Positions 25,701-39,945 of a stretch of DNA of 64,000 nt are shown one piece after another; the first letter of the stretch is position 1; each line of letters starts with the position of its first letter. The notes under the pieces were generated by a model. The model saw only the letters and a list, made by a program, of their open reading frames with translations. It made no database searches and was not told the origin of the DNA. The stretch is from positions 54,870,001-54,934,000 of the forward strand of contig NC_043014.1 of assembly GCF_006345805.1 (NCBI RefSeq), read 5' to 3'. Both the position numbers and the translations under genes were made by a program. Origin of the DNA: Octopus sinensis. Lineage: Eukaryota.

Positions 25701-28700
25701 TTATTGATATATCAGAAGACTCTCTTGGATTCTTGCCAAAGGAACCGATAGTGGTGGAGTGGGGAGCGATGGCTCAATGTTTACTGAACCCACTCCTCCA
25801 TACTTTGGTTTGTTGCTGCCAATCCTGATATGACATTTCAATTGGAGTCTCAATCTCATCAATGTTGCTTGTTTTACCGTTCTACTACCAGATTGCAAAA
25901 TGTGGAATCCTCCTGGAAGTTAATAGAAGCAAACTGTTTTGGCAGTTGAACAATTTTAAAAATACAGTATCTGTCCTTGGCCAAGATTCATCAGTTCTCC
26001 CGTTCTTTCGAAACTCTTGTCTAGTACCATTTTGCTGAACTTCTTTTACCGGTTTCCTTATTTGTGAATCTCCTTTATTCATAGAATATTTCACTTAGCA
26101 AGTAACTACAAGATGCATCTCAACAGCCATTCCCTGATGGATCTACAAGCTGTAGTTATATATATATATATATATATGTTTAAATTCACTTTTGACTGTT
26201 TGTTGCAATCTCAGCAAGATTTTGAGTAAAAGACCAGGCGTTGCATTCTCAGCTGAGCTACTTGAATTTTTAAGTCTTGTGATATTGTCTGCATTTTAAA
26301 AGGAATTACTTGTTACCTGATACATGGTTTTCTTAGCTGGCAGCTTTTAGTTTGCTTACCTTGAAACTGCCTACATTACAGGTATTTTGATGGTTAGTTG
26401 GGGTGGAAACAAATTTAGCAAAAATATGGAAAATCATATTTTCAAAGTTGAAGACGGCTACCTGTCTAGTTGCGGTGTTGTAACCCATCTTCGGTTGGCA
26501 GTGCATAACCACTGCCCATTGGTTTGTATCCAGCTCTAGCTGTGCACTCGTTTTAGCTGATGCTTCTCACAAGTTTATTCAGTCTGGTCTGTTGCAATCT
26601 ACTGCTTATTGTTTCAAGTAAGATATGAAATTTATGAAAACAGCTTTGTCCATTACTAAGCTGGTATTTGGAATATAAATTGTGAAATTTTGACGGATTT
26701 TAATTTAACCCTTTTGTTATCAAACTGCCGAAGATCACTTCAAAGTGATATAAATTAAAATTTTCCATCAAAATTTCAATGTTTAATTAATGTTTCAAGC
26801 AGCACCTTATTTCAAATTTTTACCACAGAGGGAGGTGGTGTTGAGTCAATTACATCAATCCCCAGTGTTCAACTGGTACTTATTTTATCAACCTCAAAGG
26901 GATGAAGGACAAAGTCGACGTTGGCAGAATTTGAACTCGGAATCTAGTGGCAGGCAAAATACTGCTCGGCATTTTCTCCAGCATGCTAACAATTCTGCCG
27001 GCTTCACTGCCTTATGCAGCAACTTAATAATAACATTTATTTTACCAAATTCTTAATTATTCTAAAAATTAGTTGAAACAAAGGAAGTTTGTTTCAATAG
27101 AAGAATGGTAATGAAAGGGCTTACGTCACTAAAATGGAATAAAAGCAAGGGCATTACCGGTGGGATGGTATCATCGGCTGTTATTTGTGGGTTGATTTGA
27201 TGGGTGTTTCCACAAACTCCCTGAAGTTTAATTTTCCAAGAGGTTCACAAGGTAATATATTCCTGCAGAAATAATCCACCTAATTAGTTGAATCGGTCAT
27301 AAAACTAATTAGTATTTATTAATTGGGGTTTTATTTTTGTTTGTCAATGTGTACGTAAAATTCTTTTGCATTGGGTTGCTCTTATGTGACTGATCCTAGC
27401 ATTAAGACTTCCAAGCAATTTCTCTCGTTTCAACATACATTGTTTTGTGACTGACATTTTATCATTTTTTTTCCCCCTCGACATCCACATTTATGTAAAC
27501 CCTTTTTTATTTATTTATTTTTTTTAGCTATATCAAGAACCCTGTTCCTTTTGTCTCTAAATATACACATCATGAGGTTGTGTGTCATTGTTGCAATTAA
27601 AGCTGGTTCAAGGTCCATTTATGAGTTTCAGAGAATCTTGCTGTCTCACGCATGCATTGCAGACCCAAATTTTTCATCGGTGTGTGCCATTTAGGAAACC
27701 CTGCAGGCCATAGTTTACCACTGATGGATTTAGGCAATGTCCTAACAAAAGCCGCTTCCATATTATAATAGAAACCCGTAATGACTGTATTTTGTTGCTT
27801 TTGTCTGTTTAACCCACCATGTCTGGCCTCTCTCACCTACCCTACAATGTCATTCTCAAAATAAACAATCACATCGTTGAAATCTTGCAGCTATGACCTA
27901 ATGCATGATTAATTCAAAGCAGTGTGAATTAATTAGCATCACATTTGACAGTAATCTGAATGCTAATAATTAATCAAATGGGCAAGTGAAGTGGCTGAGT
28001 ATTCTAGACTCCTGGGACTCTTAAAATCTTCATCATCAATTAACATCTGCTGGCAGGGTTTGGATGGTTTCACAAGTTGCATCAAGCTGCTGTTGTCTCT
28101 TTTGGTAGGGTTTCAATTGCTGGATGTTCTTTCTAATGCCAGCCACTTTACAGAATGTATTGGGGGTTCCTGTTATGGCGCACCAGTGTCAGGGTTACCA
28201 AGTAACTTTCAAAGCAAGGCCCTTTCAGCTGAGGGCAGGAGTGGAACTAAGAGAAGTGTCTGTGTACCAGGCAAAAGTTTGGAGTTTGATACTGGGACCA
28301 GGAAAACTATACCTGAATGATTGATTTACAGGTAGTTTCCATTCACCTAATTTCATTGAGAAGGCTTGGCACCTGGGGACCTCGTGGTTGTGATACAAAT
28401 CCTTTAACCACTCAGTCATGGAGAGTTGAAATGCCAGGTCTGATACACTTTGACTTCAGGGTCGTCTGAAGAAAACAGCCGGATTAAAAAGGATACCAGC
28501 AATAATGAAATTAAAAAAAATTTTTTTAAGCTTTCTGGAATTTCAAAACTAAACAACTCCTTCAAAATTAGTTGGTCATGCACCACTGACTGTTTTAATT
28601 TGTTTTTCCCAAAATATTTTGGTTTTTCTTGGGTTCAAAGACTGGAGATTCCAGCTTCGGTCAATCCAAGGCTCTCTAGTAGAAGACGCTTGCCCAAGCT

Positions 28701-28835
28701 GCCAGGCAGTGAGACTGAACCCAGGACCATGTGGATGGGAAGCAAACTTCTCTCTTACACAGCCATTCCTACTTCCACCAGTTTTTTCCCCCTCTCCCAC
28801 CTTCCAAAATCTTGTGAATATTTTTATTTCCTTAA

Positions 28836-29046
28836 CCCTTTAGCATTTAATCCGGCCAAAAGTATTCTGCCTGTTTTATGTTCAAACTGGCCAGATCTGG
28901 TCTCTCACACCAACCCTACAATATCGTTTTAAAACTTAACAGCTACCTCATCAAAATCTCATAGCTCCAAGATAATGCATGATTAGTTCAAGGCAATGTG
29001 GATGAAAAAGCATTAATTTTGGTAGAATAATGCGAACACTAAACGG
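28836..29046. mobile_element. piggyBac-like MITE (family A)
   Basis: TTAA|CCCTTTAG...CTAAACGG|TTAA. Confidence 0.8.
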
Positions 29047-29339
29047 TTAATATGATGAGCTACTTTTTAATTAGATAAGGCATGTCTTACTACTAACAGT
29101 GTTACTATTAATAAAATTATTTAAATGTCTTAAACGAGCTGTTAAGAAATTAGACCAATTGTCTAAAGTGATGGCCTTATCTGGAATAACTTATCTCAAA
29201 TTAACTCATTTTAGTTATGTTTTGCCACAATTGAGAAAAGATCCTTTTTTTTTTTCCTTCTTTGGATTTGTCTTTTGATCATCAGGGATACAGAAGCTGG
29301 CATTTTCCCTTTTTGTTTTGGTGATGCTGGTTGATTTAA

Positions 29340-29560
29340 CCCTTTAGTGTTCAGATTATTCTGTCAAATGTGATGTTTGTTTATTGAAAATGGTTTGAAT
29401 TAATCCTGGATTATCTTGTAGTTTAGAGATTTCGGTGATGTGATTTTTTAGTTTTAGAATGACATGGTAGGGCTGAGGTGAGAGGCGAGATCTGGTCAGT
29501 TTCAATATAAAACAGGTTAAATATTTTGGCCAGATATGGCCGGTTTGAATGCTAAAGGGT
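29340..29560. mobile_element. piggyBac-like MITE (family A), opposite orientation
   Basis: TTAA|CCCTTTAG...CTAAAGGG|TTAA; the internal sequence is the reverse complement of 28836-29046. Confidence 0.8.
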
Positions 29561-30984
29561 TAAAGATGAATTATGCACTTCAGTAGAATAAAATATTTTT
29601 ATGTAAAATCCTATATTTACCCAGATGATCATGGCGGGAACACGTTTGTCATTATCTGTTATTGAATCAAAATTTAGCAGCATATATATATATATATATA
29701 TATATTATACACACCTGCATCTTTCGAGTGTTGGGCCTCACGGAGGCAATGACTGGAACCTTTGGCATTATGTCATTCTTAAGAAGACCAAGCAAAATCG
29801 CAGTCGTGGCAGTTACTGGTGTCACGCAAATTGGCACTTGTGCCAGTACACACACTTGCATATATATATAAATACACACACACATATATATATATATACA
29901 CAACACACACATATACACACACACACACACACATATATATATACATACACACACACACACACACACACATATATACACACATACATAAGGATTTCAACGC
30001 AAGCTGTTATTAGTTTGATGTTTCTGAAAATTCATTGGTCAGAAACGCCTTTATAAACACTTGAGATTCTTAAGGATTTCTTGAAAATACATGGCATGCT
30101 ATGCAAGCCTGTCCAATCTTTGTATTTATCAGAGGCATGAAACTTCCGGTAGCTCACACTTCAATGCTGTCTTTATGAAACAATACCTCTGATGCTGAGG
30201 TGTACCTTTTCTGTTGGTCCCACTGACAACGGAACAGTAGAGACCCACCATACTGAGACTTATAAACAGAAAGTACACTTCACCGTTTTGTAGGGTCTGC
30301 TGCAGTCTCCCAATAGATTTCTGAACCCTTTCCATATGCTAGTAAGATACTAAACAACCTTGACCAATTGCACTCTGGGGGGAACACTTACAAATAAAGA
30401 ATGAAGAACAGCATTTCAATGTTTGCTTTTTGTATCCTTCAGATGGAATTTGGACAATCATGGGTTTGCTTTAGTTAAATAAATATAAGTACAGTGTTGG
30501 CCAACGGTCAGAAAGCCTGACAGCATTCTGTGGTCTGGTCACTTTGTGTTGTCTGCTTTGTTTTTTATACTTGATGACTTTTGGCCATGGATAAAAAAAA
30601 CATTGACCCTTTGTGCAATGTTCACCCTTCTGCTGGAAGTATGTGTATTATAAACACAAATATGGTAAGTTCTTTGATTTTTATTCCTTAACAGTTATCA
30701 ACTGGAAAAGAATGGAAGCCGTGTGACACATTTCTGCTCTTCTTTTTTTACCTTAAAATCACCAAGTTACTGAGCAGAATATATTTATTCTCTGTTGTTT
30801 GGTAAGTAAATATACAGCTTTTGCTTAAAGGCTGCGTGCACCTAGTATTCCTGCTACAGTTTTCCACCTGTTTCCAAGACAACAACATCAATAAGCAACG
30901 ACTGGTCTCCTTCCTATTCACAGCCAGAAAATACCTTCCTGTTAACAATTACCATCTTTGGACAGTGGTATTATTTACCTACAT

Positions 30985-31500
30985 CAACGTTCCAGATCCA
31001 CATCCTCAAAATAATTCTTCCTGCTGTGAGCACAATGTGTCGGAAGTTTGAACAAGGGGGCAAGTGGATTACATTGACTCCATTGCTCAACCAGTTCTTT
31101 CACTGACCCCAGAAGAACTAAAGACAGAATCGATTTTGGCAGAATGAAAAACTGGAAGAAATGTATCCCAGCATCTTGGACCTCGTCCCCAAAATATTGA
31201 TGTCCTTTACCAACACACTCCACCCTCTGATTCCCAAATGTTTCTCTGTCCCCTCTGTTTTTTTCTTTTCTGTGGTGGTGGTCCCTCTTCACAATTTACT
31301 AATCTTGGACACTCCTCATTCATTTATCATCATCATCCATATTGAGACCCCATATCCAGTTCTTTCTCTGAAGGGCAGCTTTGTGGAATTCCATCCTAAC
31401 ATATTTCCCAGCTGCTCTCAACTTACAACCATTACACAAGGATCACTAACAGCACTGGTCCCTGGCAGACCTATAAAACCAATATTGAACATCTTTCTCT
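30985..31500 (+). mobile_element. Highly degraded Penelope-like RT remnant
   Basis: Fragments IDSIAQPVLSLTP, DVLY and EFHPNI lie in the order expected for Penelope RT motifs (LDSILxPLV, DVxSLY, FHPNL). Many frameshifts. Confidence 0.45.
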
Positions 31501-31699
31501 GGTTTGAACTCAGAAAAGAATGGTGACTTAATGCAATTGAAAGGAGGTTGGTATCCGTCCACCTTGAGATCAAAAGCTTTTAACTAAATGTTTTTGTGGT
31601 TTTGGAACTCTCTCTAATTGATGAGATTTCTTTGACTTTGGGTCAAAGTAGCCTCATGGCTTCAATTAGAGATTTTATCAAATCCTAACATAATTGGTT

Positions 31700-32035
31700 G
31701 GGACCCCCTTCGGTCACAACACTGACCCTGGGATTGCACCTAGAAAGTTACCCTCCCAGGCACAAGTCTGGGCAAGGTTGTTTATGGAAGACCAGCAGTC
31801 GCCCATGCATACTGGTCTCCTCTCTCCACGCCACCAATGTTATCCAAGGGAAAGGCAAAGGGGCCGATACAGCTTGACACCTGTGATGTCGCAACTCGTT
31901 TCTACAGCTGAGTGAACTGGAGCAATGTGAAATAAAGTGTCTTGCTCAAGAACTCAACACGCAGCCCAGTCCAGGATTCGAGCTCACAACCTCACGATCG
32001 TAAGCTCGATGCTCTAACCACTAAGCCATGCACCT
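31700..32035 (-). mobile_element. SINE family C
   Basis: Reverse-complement homologue of 44507-44840. Confidence 0.85.
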
Positions 32036-32326
32036 TCATTAACGTAATTACAGTAATTTTATTGTACCTAATTTAGGATGGAGTGATGTTATGTATAATC
32101 AACAACACAGAATGGATGTACAGCTCAATTCTCATTGAGTCTGTTGCACTTTTCTGTTTTAAATTAGGGGATTCAAATGTTTGTTAGGATACCTTATATT
32201 TACTGATAATATTGCAATAAAAAAAGATTGCTTTTTGGGGTCTTTCCTTCTCTCTTTTAATCCTTTTGTTATTATATTTCTGTTGTAAAACACTGCCTTT
32301 GGTTCAATTTATTTTCCATGCCGGTG

Positions 32327-32541
32327 GAACGTTAAAAGCACCAGCCGATGCCAAACTCCCCTGGCGTGTAAAAGGCACCCACTACACTCGTAGAGTGGTT
32401 GGTGTTAGGAAGGGCATCCAGCTGTAGAAACACTGCCAGATCAGACTGGAGCCTGGTGCAGCCTTCTGGCTTCGCAGACCCCAGTCGAACCATCCAACCC
32501 ATGCTAGCGCGGAAAACGGACGTTAAACGATGATGATGATG
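32327..32541 (+). mobile_element. Retroposon family B
   Basis: Family body and (GAT)n tail. Confidence 0.85.
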
Positions 32542-33121
32542 AATTTAGTAAAACAACTCGTTAAGGTAGTGTTTAAGAGCATAAATTAACCTACAATTTT
32601 GATCCAAAATTTCAATTTAGATCACAATAAAACGGAGAGTTTTTGTCGTAGAATTGGGGGCAAGCTTCAGGTCGGTGGGTACCTGAAGGGTTAAACAGAT
32701 TAATTCCATCCATTGTAGCTTTTTAAGCATTGGATTTCTTGGACACAATACAATAGCACATGAACCTTTGGCCAGTTGCCTTTGACCATTCAGTCCTCTC
32801 TGCTTCGTGATTGTTTTACAAATAACTATTTGTGCTGGAGAGGTTTTGTCAGTGTTTAGATGTAATTAAAGATGATGAGCTGCTATTAGATCTAATGACC
32901 TGGCTAACAATGGACGGATTGTCTCTGAAATAGCTTCTTCACAAGGGTAAGTTGAGATTTCTAAGCATGATTTAAATTCACGAGATTGCTGACATATTTA
33001 AGACCACACAGACTAATGGTGGTCTGCATCAGCAAAGAATGGATATTTGGTAAGTCTTGTGTATTGATGGGAGACGAAAATGCAGGTGTTCTCTGCCTGG
33101 TTCTTCAGAAGGGCACAAAAA

Positions 33122-33485
33122 GGGTTTATCCTTTTGTCTGTCTCAGTCATTTGACTGCAGCCATGCTGGAGCACCACCTTTTAGTCGGACAAATCGACCC
33201 CAGGACTTATTCTTTGTAAGTCTAGTACTTATTCTGTCGGTCTCTCTTGCCAGACTGCTAAGTTACAGGGACATGAACACACCAGCAATGGCGGGTGGAC
33301 AGACACACAATCATATGCATATATATATACACAACGGGCTTCTTTCAGTTTCTGTCTACCAAATCTACTCACAAGGCTTTGGCCAGCCTAGGGCTATAGC
33401 AGGAGACACTTGCCCAAGGTGACGCGTAGTGAGACTGAACCCTGAACCATGTGCTTGGTAAGCAAGCTACTTACCACACGGCCAC
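33122..33485 (-). mobile_element. SINE family A
   Basis: Reverse complement of the family A consensus. Confidence 0.85.
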
Positions 33486-34184
33486 ACCAACTGTAAAAAA
33501 AAATGTTTTAGTGGTTTTTAGGATTTCCATGCCATACAAATTTTACTGAATAAGAACATAACCTCTATATTAGTCAAGATATTTGCAGCTAATTAAGAAA
33601 TGGTAATTATAATTTAGGACTAACGATGTTGAACTTGTGACACAGTTTGGGTTTTTTCTTCCTCCTCTCAGAAGAATCTTTCAACTGAGTGATTGGTTTT
33701 TTGCATTTCATTAAGGTGTAGGATGGCTGTGTGGTAAGTAGCTTGCTTCCCATCCACATGGTTCCGGGTTCAGTCCCACTGCATGGCACCTTGGACAAGT
33801 GTCTTCTACTAAAGCCTTGTGAGTGGATTTGTTAGGCAGAAACTGAAAGAAGCCCATCGTTTATATGTATACTCATCACCATTTAATATACGTTTTCCAT
33901 GCTGGCATGGGTTGGAACTGGCAAGCTGCAGGGATGCACCTGGTTCTGGTTCTCTCTTTTGGCAGAGTTTCTTCAGCTGGATGCCCTTCCTGATGCCAAC
34001 CACTTTACAAAGTATCTGCTGGGTACTTTTCAACAACAGATTTTTAGTGGAAGCACCACCAGGAACTTTCTAAGTGGCACCAGTATTTCGCTACTGCACA
34101 TAACACTTCCAATATTCTGGCAACTGATGATCTGATTTCTCTTTTATTCTGGACAGGTAAAAGTTCTCTTTTGATGCTTAGTGA

Positions 34185-34465
34185 GAACATCTGAACATGG
34201 CCAATGCCAGCGCTGCCTTGACTGGCTTCCGTGCCAGTGGCACGTAAAAAGCACCAACCAATCGTGGTCATTGCCGGCCCCTGTGCCAGTAGCATGTAAA
34301 AAGCACCCACTACACTCTCGGAGTGGTTGTCATTGGGAAGGGCATCCAGCTGTAGAAACACTGCCAGATCAGACTGGAGCCTGGTGCAGCCTCCTGGCTT
34401 CCCAGACCCCAGTCAAGCCATCTAACCCATGCCAACATGGAAAATGGACGTTAAAAGATGATGAA
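34185..34465 (+). mobile_element. Retroposon family B
   Basis: Monomers plus body. An opposite-orientation fragment lies at ~33875-34020. Confidence 0.8.
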
Positions 34466-34887
34466 TATCATTATTAAATAAAAGTCTATCATCAAATTGT
34501 TAAGTAAAATTCAGTGTGGCCCAGGACTGTCCTGGTCTGCTGTTGGTAGGAACTTGCTGTAAGGTAGACTTGTGGCAAGTAAAGGGTATCCTGTCCAGTT
34601 GTAAAGTTTGCTGCTTATACAGCTTGATTCTCTGCAGGTGAGTCTATTCACATTTTACCCTAAGTTAGTCCGAATAAACATGCTTCTAATCAGCCCTGCC
34701 ACGGATGGGCATTCCACCCCTTTGGGTTGTATTTTCATCCCTGGGTTCCCCAATGTCCTAATTTAATTCAGTAATTGAACTGTTTTATGTACAAGGCAAC
34801 CACATCCAACCTCTTGCACCTGGCCTTGAGATGCCATTCTAAAGATAAACAATTACATCATTTAAATTTCAAAGCTAGGGGATAATG

Positions 34888-35189
34888 CATAGGTTCTCAA
34901 AGTGGGTGCTATCCCCCCCCAGTGGGTATTGAGACGGTCCAGGTGGGCACTGGTGCCTCAGGGAGCGTAGAGAAAAAAGGAGGGGTTGAGAGGAAGACAA
35001 TGAATTGGGGCCGCTATGAATTTATTATGTAGTTATAGTGTTTTATACAAATTATATATTAAATATCAAAGGATTTATAATATATATAGATTGGTAAAAT
35101 ATTTACACATAAAAATAGGGTTGGAGGTACTGAGTGTATTATGTGGCCATGAGGTGGGGACAGTGGCCCAAAACGTTTGAGAACCTCTG
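34888..35189. mobile_element. hAT/Charlie-type MITE nested in a family A MITE
   Basis: Termini cataggttctcaaa / tttgagaacctctg, with a degenerate 8-bp TSD ggataatg / gggtgatg. The host MITE sequence resumes on both sides. Confidence 0.7.
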
Positions 35190-35304
35190 GGGTGATGCAT
35201 GGTTAATTCAAAACAATAAATTCAAGAGTAATCTGAATGCTAAAGGGTGGATAATTATAAGCAATTCTTTGAAGAATTATGAATATTTTTTTATTTTAAG
35301 CACG

Positions 35305-35570
35305 TGAAACATTCGAGCGAGGTGGTTTCCAGTGCAGGTGGCACATAAAAAGCACCATTTGGGTGTGGCTGTTGCCAGTACCACCAAACTGGCCCACGTG
35401 CTGGTGGCACATAAGAGCACCCACTACACTCCCGGAGTGGTTTGGCATTAGGAAGGGCATCCAGCTGTAGAAACTCTGCCAGATCAGATTGGAGTCTGGT
35501 TCGCCAGTCCTCAGTCAAACCATCCAACCCATGCTAGCATGGAAAGCAGACATTAAATGATGATGATGAC
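35305..35570 (+). mobile_element. Retroposon family B
   Basis: Monomers, body and (GAT)n tail. Confidence 0.8.
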
Positions 35571-35839
35571 TGATTGCATTCTAAATTGTAACATTTAAGC
35601 ACAAAGAAGTAGAGAATGAAGAAAAAAAATATGCTGAAAGACCTGTGCTTGACAAAAGTTAATGGTTAAACATCAGTGTTTGGGGTAACCCAGAGTAAAA
35701 ATTAACATTTTGAATTCAACCAAGCAGACATTCAAGCTTTAGTGTATCTATAACAATATGAATGTTCTTCCTTTAAAAGTCAAGGGTTGGGTATATGACT
35801 TCTGTTTCTTTTATACACCTTGGCAAGCCTTATATATAT

Positions 35840-36187
35840 GGGTGCAGTAGTGGCTGTGTGGTAAGTAGCTTGCTTGCCAAGCACATGGTTCCAGGTTCAG
35901 TCCTACGGTGTGATACCTTGGGCAAGTGTCTTCTACTATAGCCTCGGGCCGACCAAAGCCTTGTGAGTGGATTTGGTAAATGGAAACTGAAAGAAGCCCC
36001 TCATATACATATATATATATATATATCTATCTATATATATATTTACACACACGTGTGTTTGTCCCCACCACATTGCTTGACAACCGATGCTAGTGTGCTT
36101 ATGTCATAAGTCCTGGAGTTGATTTGCTCAGCTAAAGGCAGAGCCCCAGCATGGCCACAATCAAATGACTGAAACCAGTAAAAGAAT
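35840..36187 (+). mobile_element. SINE family A
   Basis: Head, body and tail match the family. Confidence 0.85.
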
Positions 36188-36391
36188 ATATATTCATTCA
36201 TAGTTCTGTGCCTGACAAATTCCCAAACAAAGAACCTGTTGGTGTGAACAGTTGCTGTAAGAAACCTGTTTGAACTTGCCCCCTGTGCACGTTTCTGTTT
36301 TCATAAATTCCGGACATAACCATCTGTCATCTAAGCTTGAATAGACATTTGATATGTGAGACAACATCACAGGCTCAGAATGTGACCCCTA

Positions 36392-36780
36392 TACTCTTTA
36401 CTCTTTTACTCTCTTTTACTTGTTTCAGTCATTTGACTGCGGCCATGCTGGAGCACCGCCTTTAGTCGAGCAAATCAACTTTGTAAGCCCAGTACTTATT
36501 CTATTGGTCTCTTTTGCCGAACCGCTAAGTGACGGGGACGTAAACACACCAGCATTGGTTGTCAAGCAATGCTAGGGGGACAAACACAGACACACACATG
36601 CATATATATATATACATATATACGACAGGCTTCTTTCAGTTTCTGTCTACCAAATCCACTCACAAGGCATTGGTCGGCCCGGGGCTATAGCAGAAGACAC
36701 TTGCCCAAGATGCCACGCAGTGGGACTGAACCCGGAACCATGTGGTTGGTAGGCAAGCTACTTACCACACAGCCACTCCT
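36392..36780 (-). mobile_element. SINE family A, young subfamily
   Basis: Reverse complement of the family; nearly identical to 58400-58794. Confidence 0.9.
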
Positions 36781-38124
36781 AATAATAATAATAATCACAA
36801 TAATCCTTGGGTGGAATTTATAAACATTTAATTGCATTACTTGGTGCTTATCCACAAATCATGTTTCCATGATTTTGAGAGAAATGTGACTTGTGGCAAT
36901 GCATGTAGCAATGCCTTCAATGTTCATAGATTCCATCCAAAGATTATTGTTATTATTATTACCGTATTTACCCTACATTCTATCGGTAAGGCTTGATGCA
37001 ACACCAAAACACTGGTTCACCTGTCAGCATCATTACACTGTGGCCAGCATAATTGGAGATTTATTTGAATATTCAAAACGTCTCCTGTAAACAATTTAAA
37101 AATCTCGGGTCGACTAAAGCCTTGTAAGTGGATTTTGTAGAGGGGAAACTGAAAGAAGCCCATCATATATATGTATATGTTTGTGTATCTGTTTGTCCCC
37201 CTTTCCCTGCCATTGCTTGACAATGGATGTTGGTGGGTTTACATCCCCATAACTTAGCAGTTCAGCAAAATGACTGATAGAATAAGTACTAGGCTTACAA
37301 AAATAAGCCCTGGGGGGCGATTTATTCGACTAAAGGCAGTGCTCCAGCATGGCTGCAGTCAAATGACTGAAACATATAAAAGTATATGTGTGTGTGTGTA
37401 TACATATATATATATACACACACACACACAAATATATACATATAAGTTTGTATCTGCGTCTGTCTCCCACCACCACCACTTAATCAATGTTGGTGTGTTT
37501 ACGTCCCTGTAACTTTGCAGTTCAGCAAAAGAGACTGACAGAATAAGTACCAGGCTTTAAAACAAATAAGTATTGGGGTCAATTTGACTAAAATTCTTCG
37601 AGGCAGTGCTCCAGCATGGCTACATTCTAATGACTTAGGAAAGTAAAAGACATAAAAGAAAAGATGAAATCAACGACTTTGGGTTGTGTGGAATTTAACG
37701 AATGTTAAACGATAATGATGATGATTTGATTTCTTTTCAAATCCTCTCCTGATTACTAAATTATTATTATTAGTTTTTTTTTTCTCCAGTAAACTGATGT
37801 ATGTTTTTAGAGGACTTTGCAAAGATGTGTTGGCAGGAATCATTAAAAATTGACCATCGAAAGGTTTAATGAAAGTAGAAAGACTACAAGGGATGTGAGG
37901 GGTGGGGGTGGTAAGAGAGGAAGATAAAAAAAAAAGGGGAAGCTGATGATTGCTGCTGGGAAGGAATTTGCTGAGAAGATAAAATATGAAGCAAGTCCTG
38001 TTAGGAGTTGGTGGCTAGAGGGAGGAAACTCAGTCAGAGAATTGGAAACAAGGGGGTGAAATTTGTATTGTTCTCAGCTGTGTTTATTGTTTTAGACATT
38101 AAACAGATAAAAGTGTGTGTATGT

Positions 38125-38222
38125 ACATGCATATATATATATGTGTGTGTGTGTGTGTGTATGTATTCGTATGCAAACTACACACACACACGTGTACAAA
38201 TATACATACATAAGTACTTATA

Positions 38223-38280
<58 letters not shown>
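38125..38280. repeat. Compound (TA)/(TG)/(CA)/(GA) microsatellite
   Basis: Direct reading. Confidence 0.9.
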
Positions 38281-38282
<2 letters not shown>

Positions 38283-39587
38283 ATATGAAAGAAGATGAAA
38301 CTCTCTTTCCATCAGGTAAATGGCCCCTTCTCAATATGTAGGAAAAGAGATGGAAAAAATTTTTCCCATTTCCTTTCCTACATATTGTATTGAACAAAAT
38401 GGTTATGCAACTCATGTTCATTATTCTCTCAGTTGTATGGCCTGCCCTGAAAAAGAGTCAGAGATGATGAGGAGGACCATCAAAGACAATGTATGAGCAT
38501 TCAGCTTTATTTAGCCAATCAACCTGCACAAATGATTTTTTTTTAATATAGTGATCAGATGTCCATTAGCACAGTGTACCACGTGTCAGGTGTGAAAAAG
38601 ATGAAGTGTTTTGCTCAAGAACATGCCAACCACTTTATGTCTTGAGATCTACCAATAGTCATAAACAAATACCATTGTCACATTGGCGGTGTTCTTCAGT
38701 TCCTGTCTTTTATGGAGACATGCCTGGAGAAATATTATTTTGCTTGGAAACAGATCAGGGTTTGCAAGGTGCAGGGCATCTGGCTGTAGGAAATTTGCTT
38801 CATCCTTAGCCATGTAAAAAGGAACATTAAAATGATGATAATTATGATAAAGTAAGTGTTTGGTATTTTCATTTGTTCCTGTTGTTCCATCCACGGCCAA
38901 CCCTGATCAAATAGACTGAGAGGTGATAGTTTAATGTTACCCAGCTTATCACTTCTTTGTGGTTCTCTAGTGAGGTTCATTCCGTCAAAAGAACTGAAGC
39001 CAGGTTTTCAGTTTGAGTATAACTTACTCCTTTCCTCTCGCCAGTTTCAAAAGCCCTGGAAATGGTCCCAAGCACTGCATCCAACTCCCTACTGACTCAT
39101 CTACTAAAAAGCAAAAGACTTTCCAGGTTTGACTACCCCAATTTCTTATGTTTTTTTTTCAGGGTGTGTCTGATAACATTAAGGTATCCTTCCATTCTTT
39201 TTAACATGGTATGATTTGAGTGAGATCTCGCTGTTATTTGTAGCAGGTCAAGCAACCACACTGAGAGGTCTCCTTGTTGGTTCACCGTATTTAACTATAG
39301 TTGTGTGATGTAAGCAAGAAGATCTAAAGACATGGAATAAAAGTAACTTAGAGGTGACATCAGACACCAATTTTACAGCAGAAAATGGAAACCAACGGAT
39401 AGTGATAAAGAAATGTTTTATCCCCCCCCCCCGTTGGTCAAGAGATTAACTTGTTGATCTTCTCAGTCTTGTTAATGATAACCTCCAAAAGTTTCAGTAA
39501 TTAATCCATAATTAGATTCATTGAGTTGTTTCTTATCTCAAATATTTGAACTGAAACAAGATACTCCACTCTGCTGTGCATTAACAG

Positions 39588-39945
39588 AATAACTTATTCT
39601 ATTTCTTTACTGCCCACAAGGGGCTAAACATAGAGGGGACAATCAAGGACAGACAAACGGATTGAGTCGATTAAATCGACTCCAGTGCGTAACTGGTACT
39701 TAATTTATCAACCCCGAAAGAATGAAAGGCAAAGTTGACCGTAGCACAATAACCTATTCTATTTCTTTACTGCCCACAAAGGGCTAAACACAGGGGACAA
39801 ACAAGGTCAGACAAACGGATTGAGTCTATTATATCGACCCCAGTGCGTAACTGGTACTTAATTTATCGACCCCGAAAGGATGAAAGGCAAAGTCGACCTT
39901 GGCAGAATTTCAACTCAGAACGTAATGGCAGAATAACCTATTCTG
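39588..39945 (-). mobile_element. SINE family E, tandem dimer
   Basis: Two head-to-tail units (~160 and ~184 bp) carrying the domain gtcgactttgcctttcatcctttcggggtcgataaattaagtaccag, which from memory resembles the Meta-type SINE central domain. Confidence 0.8.
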
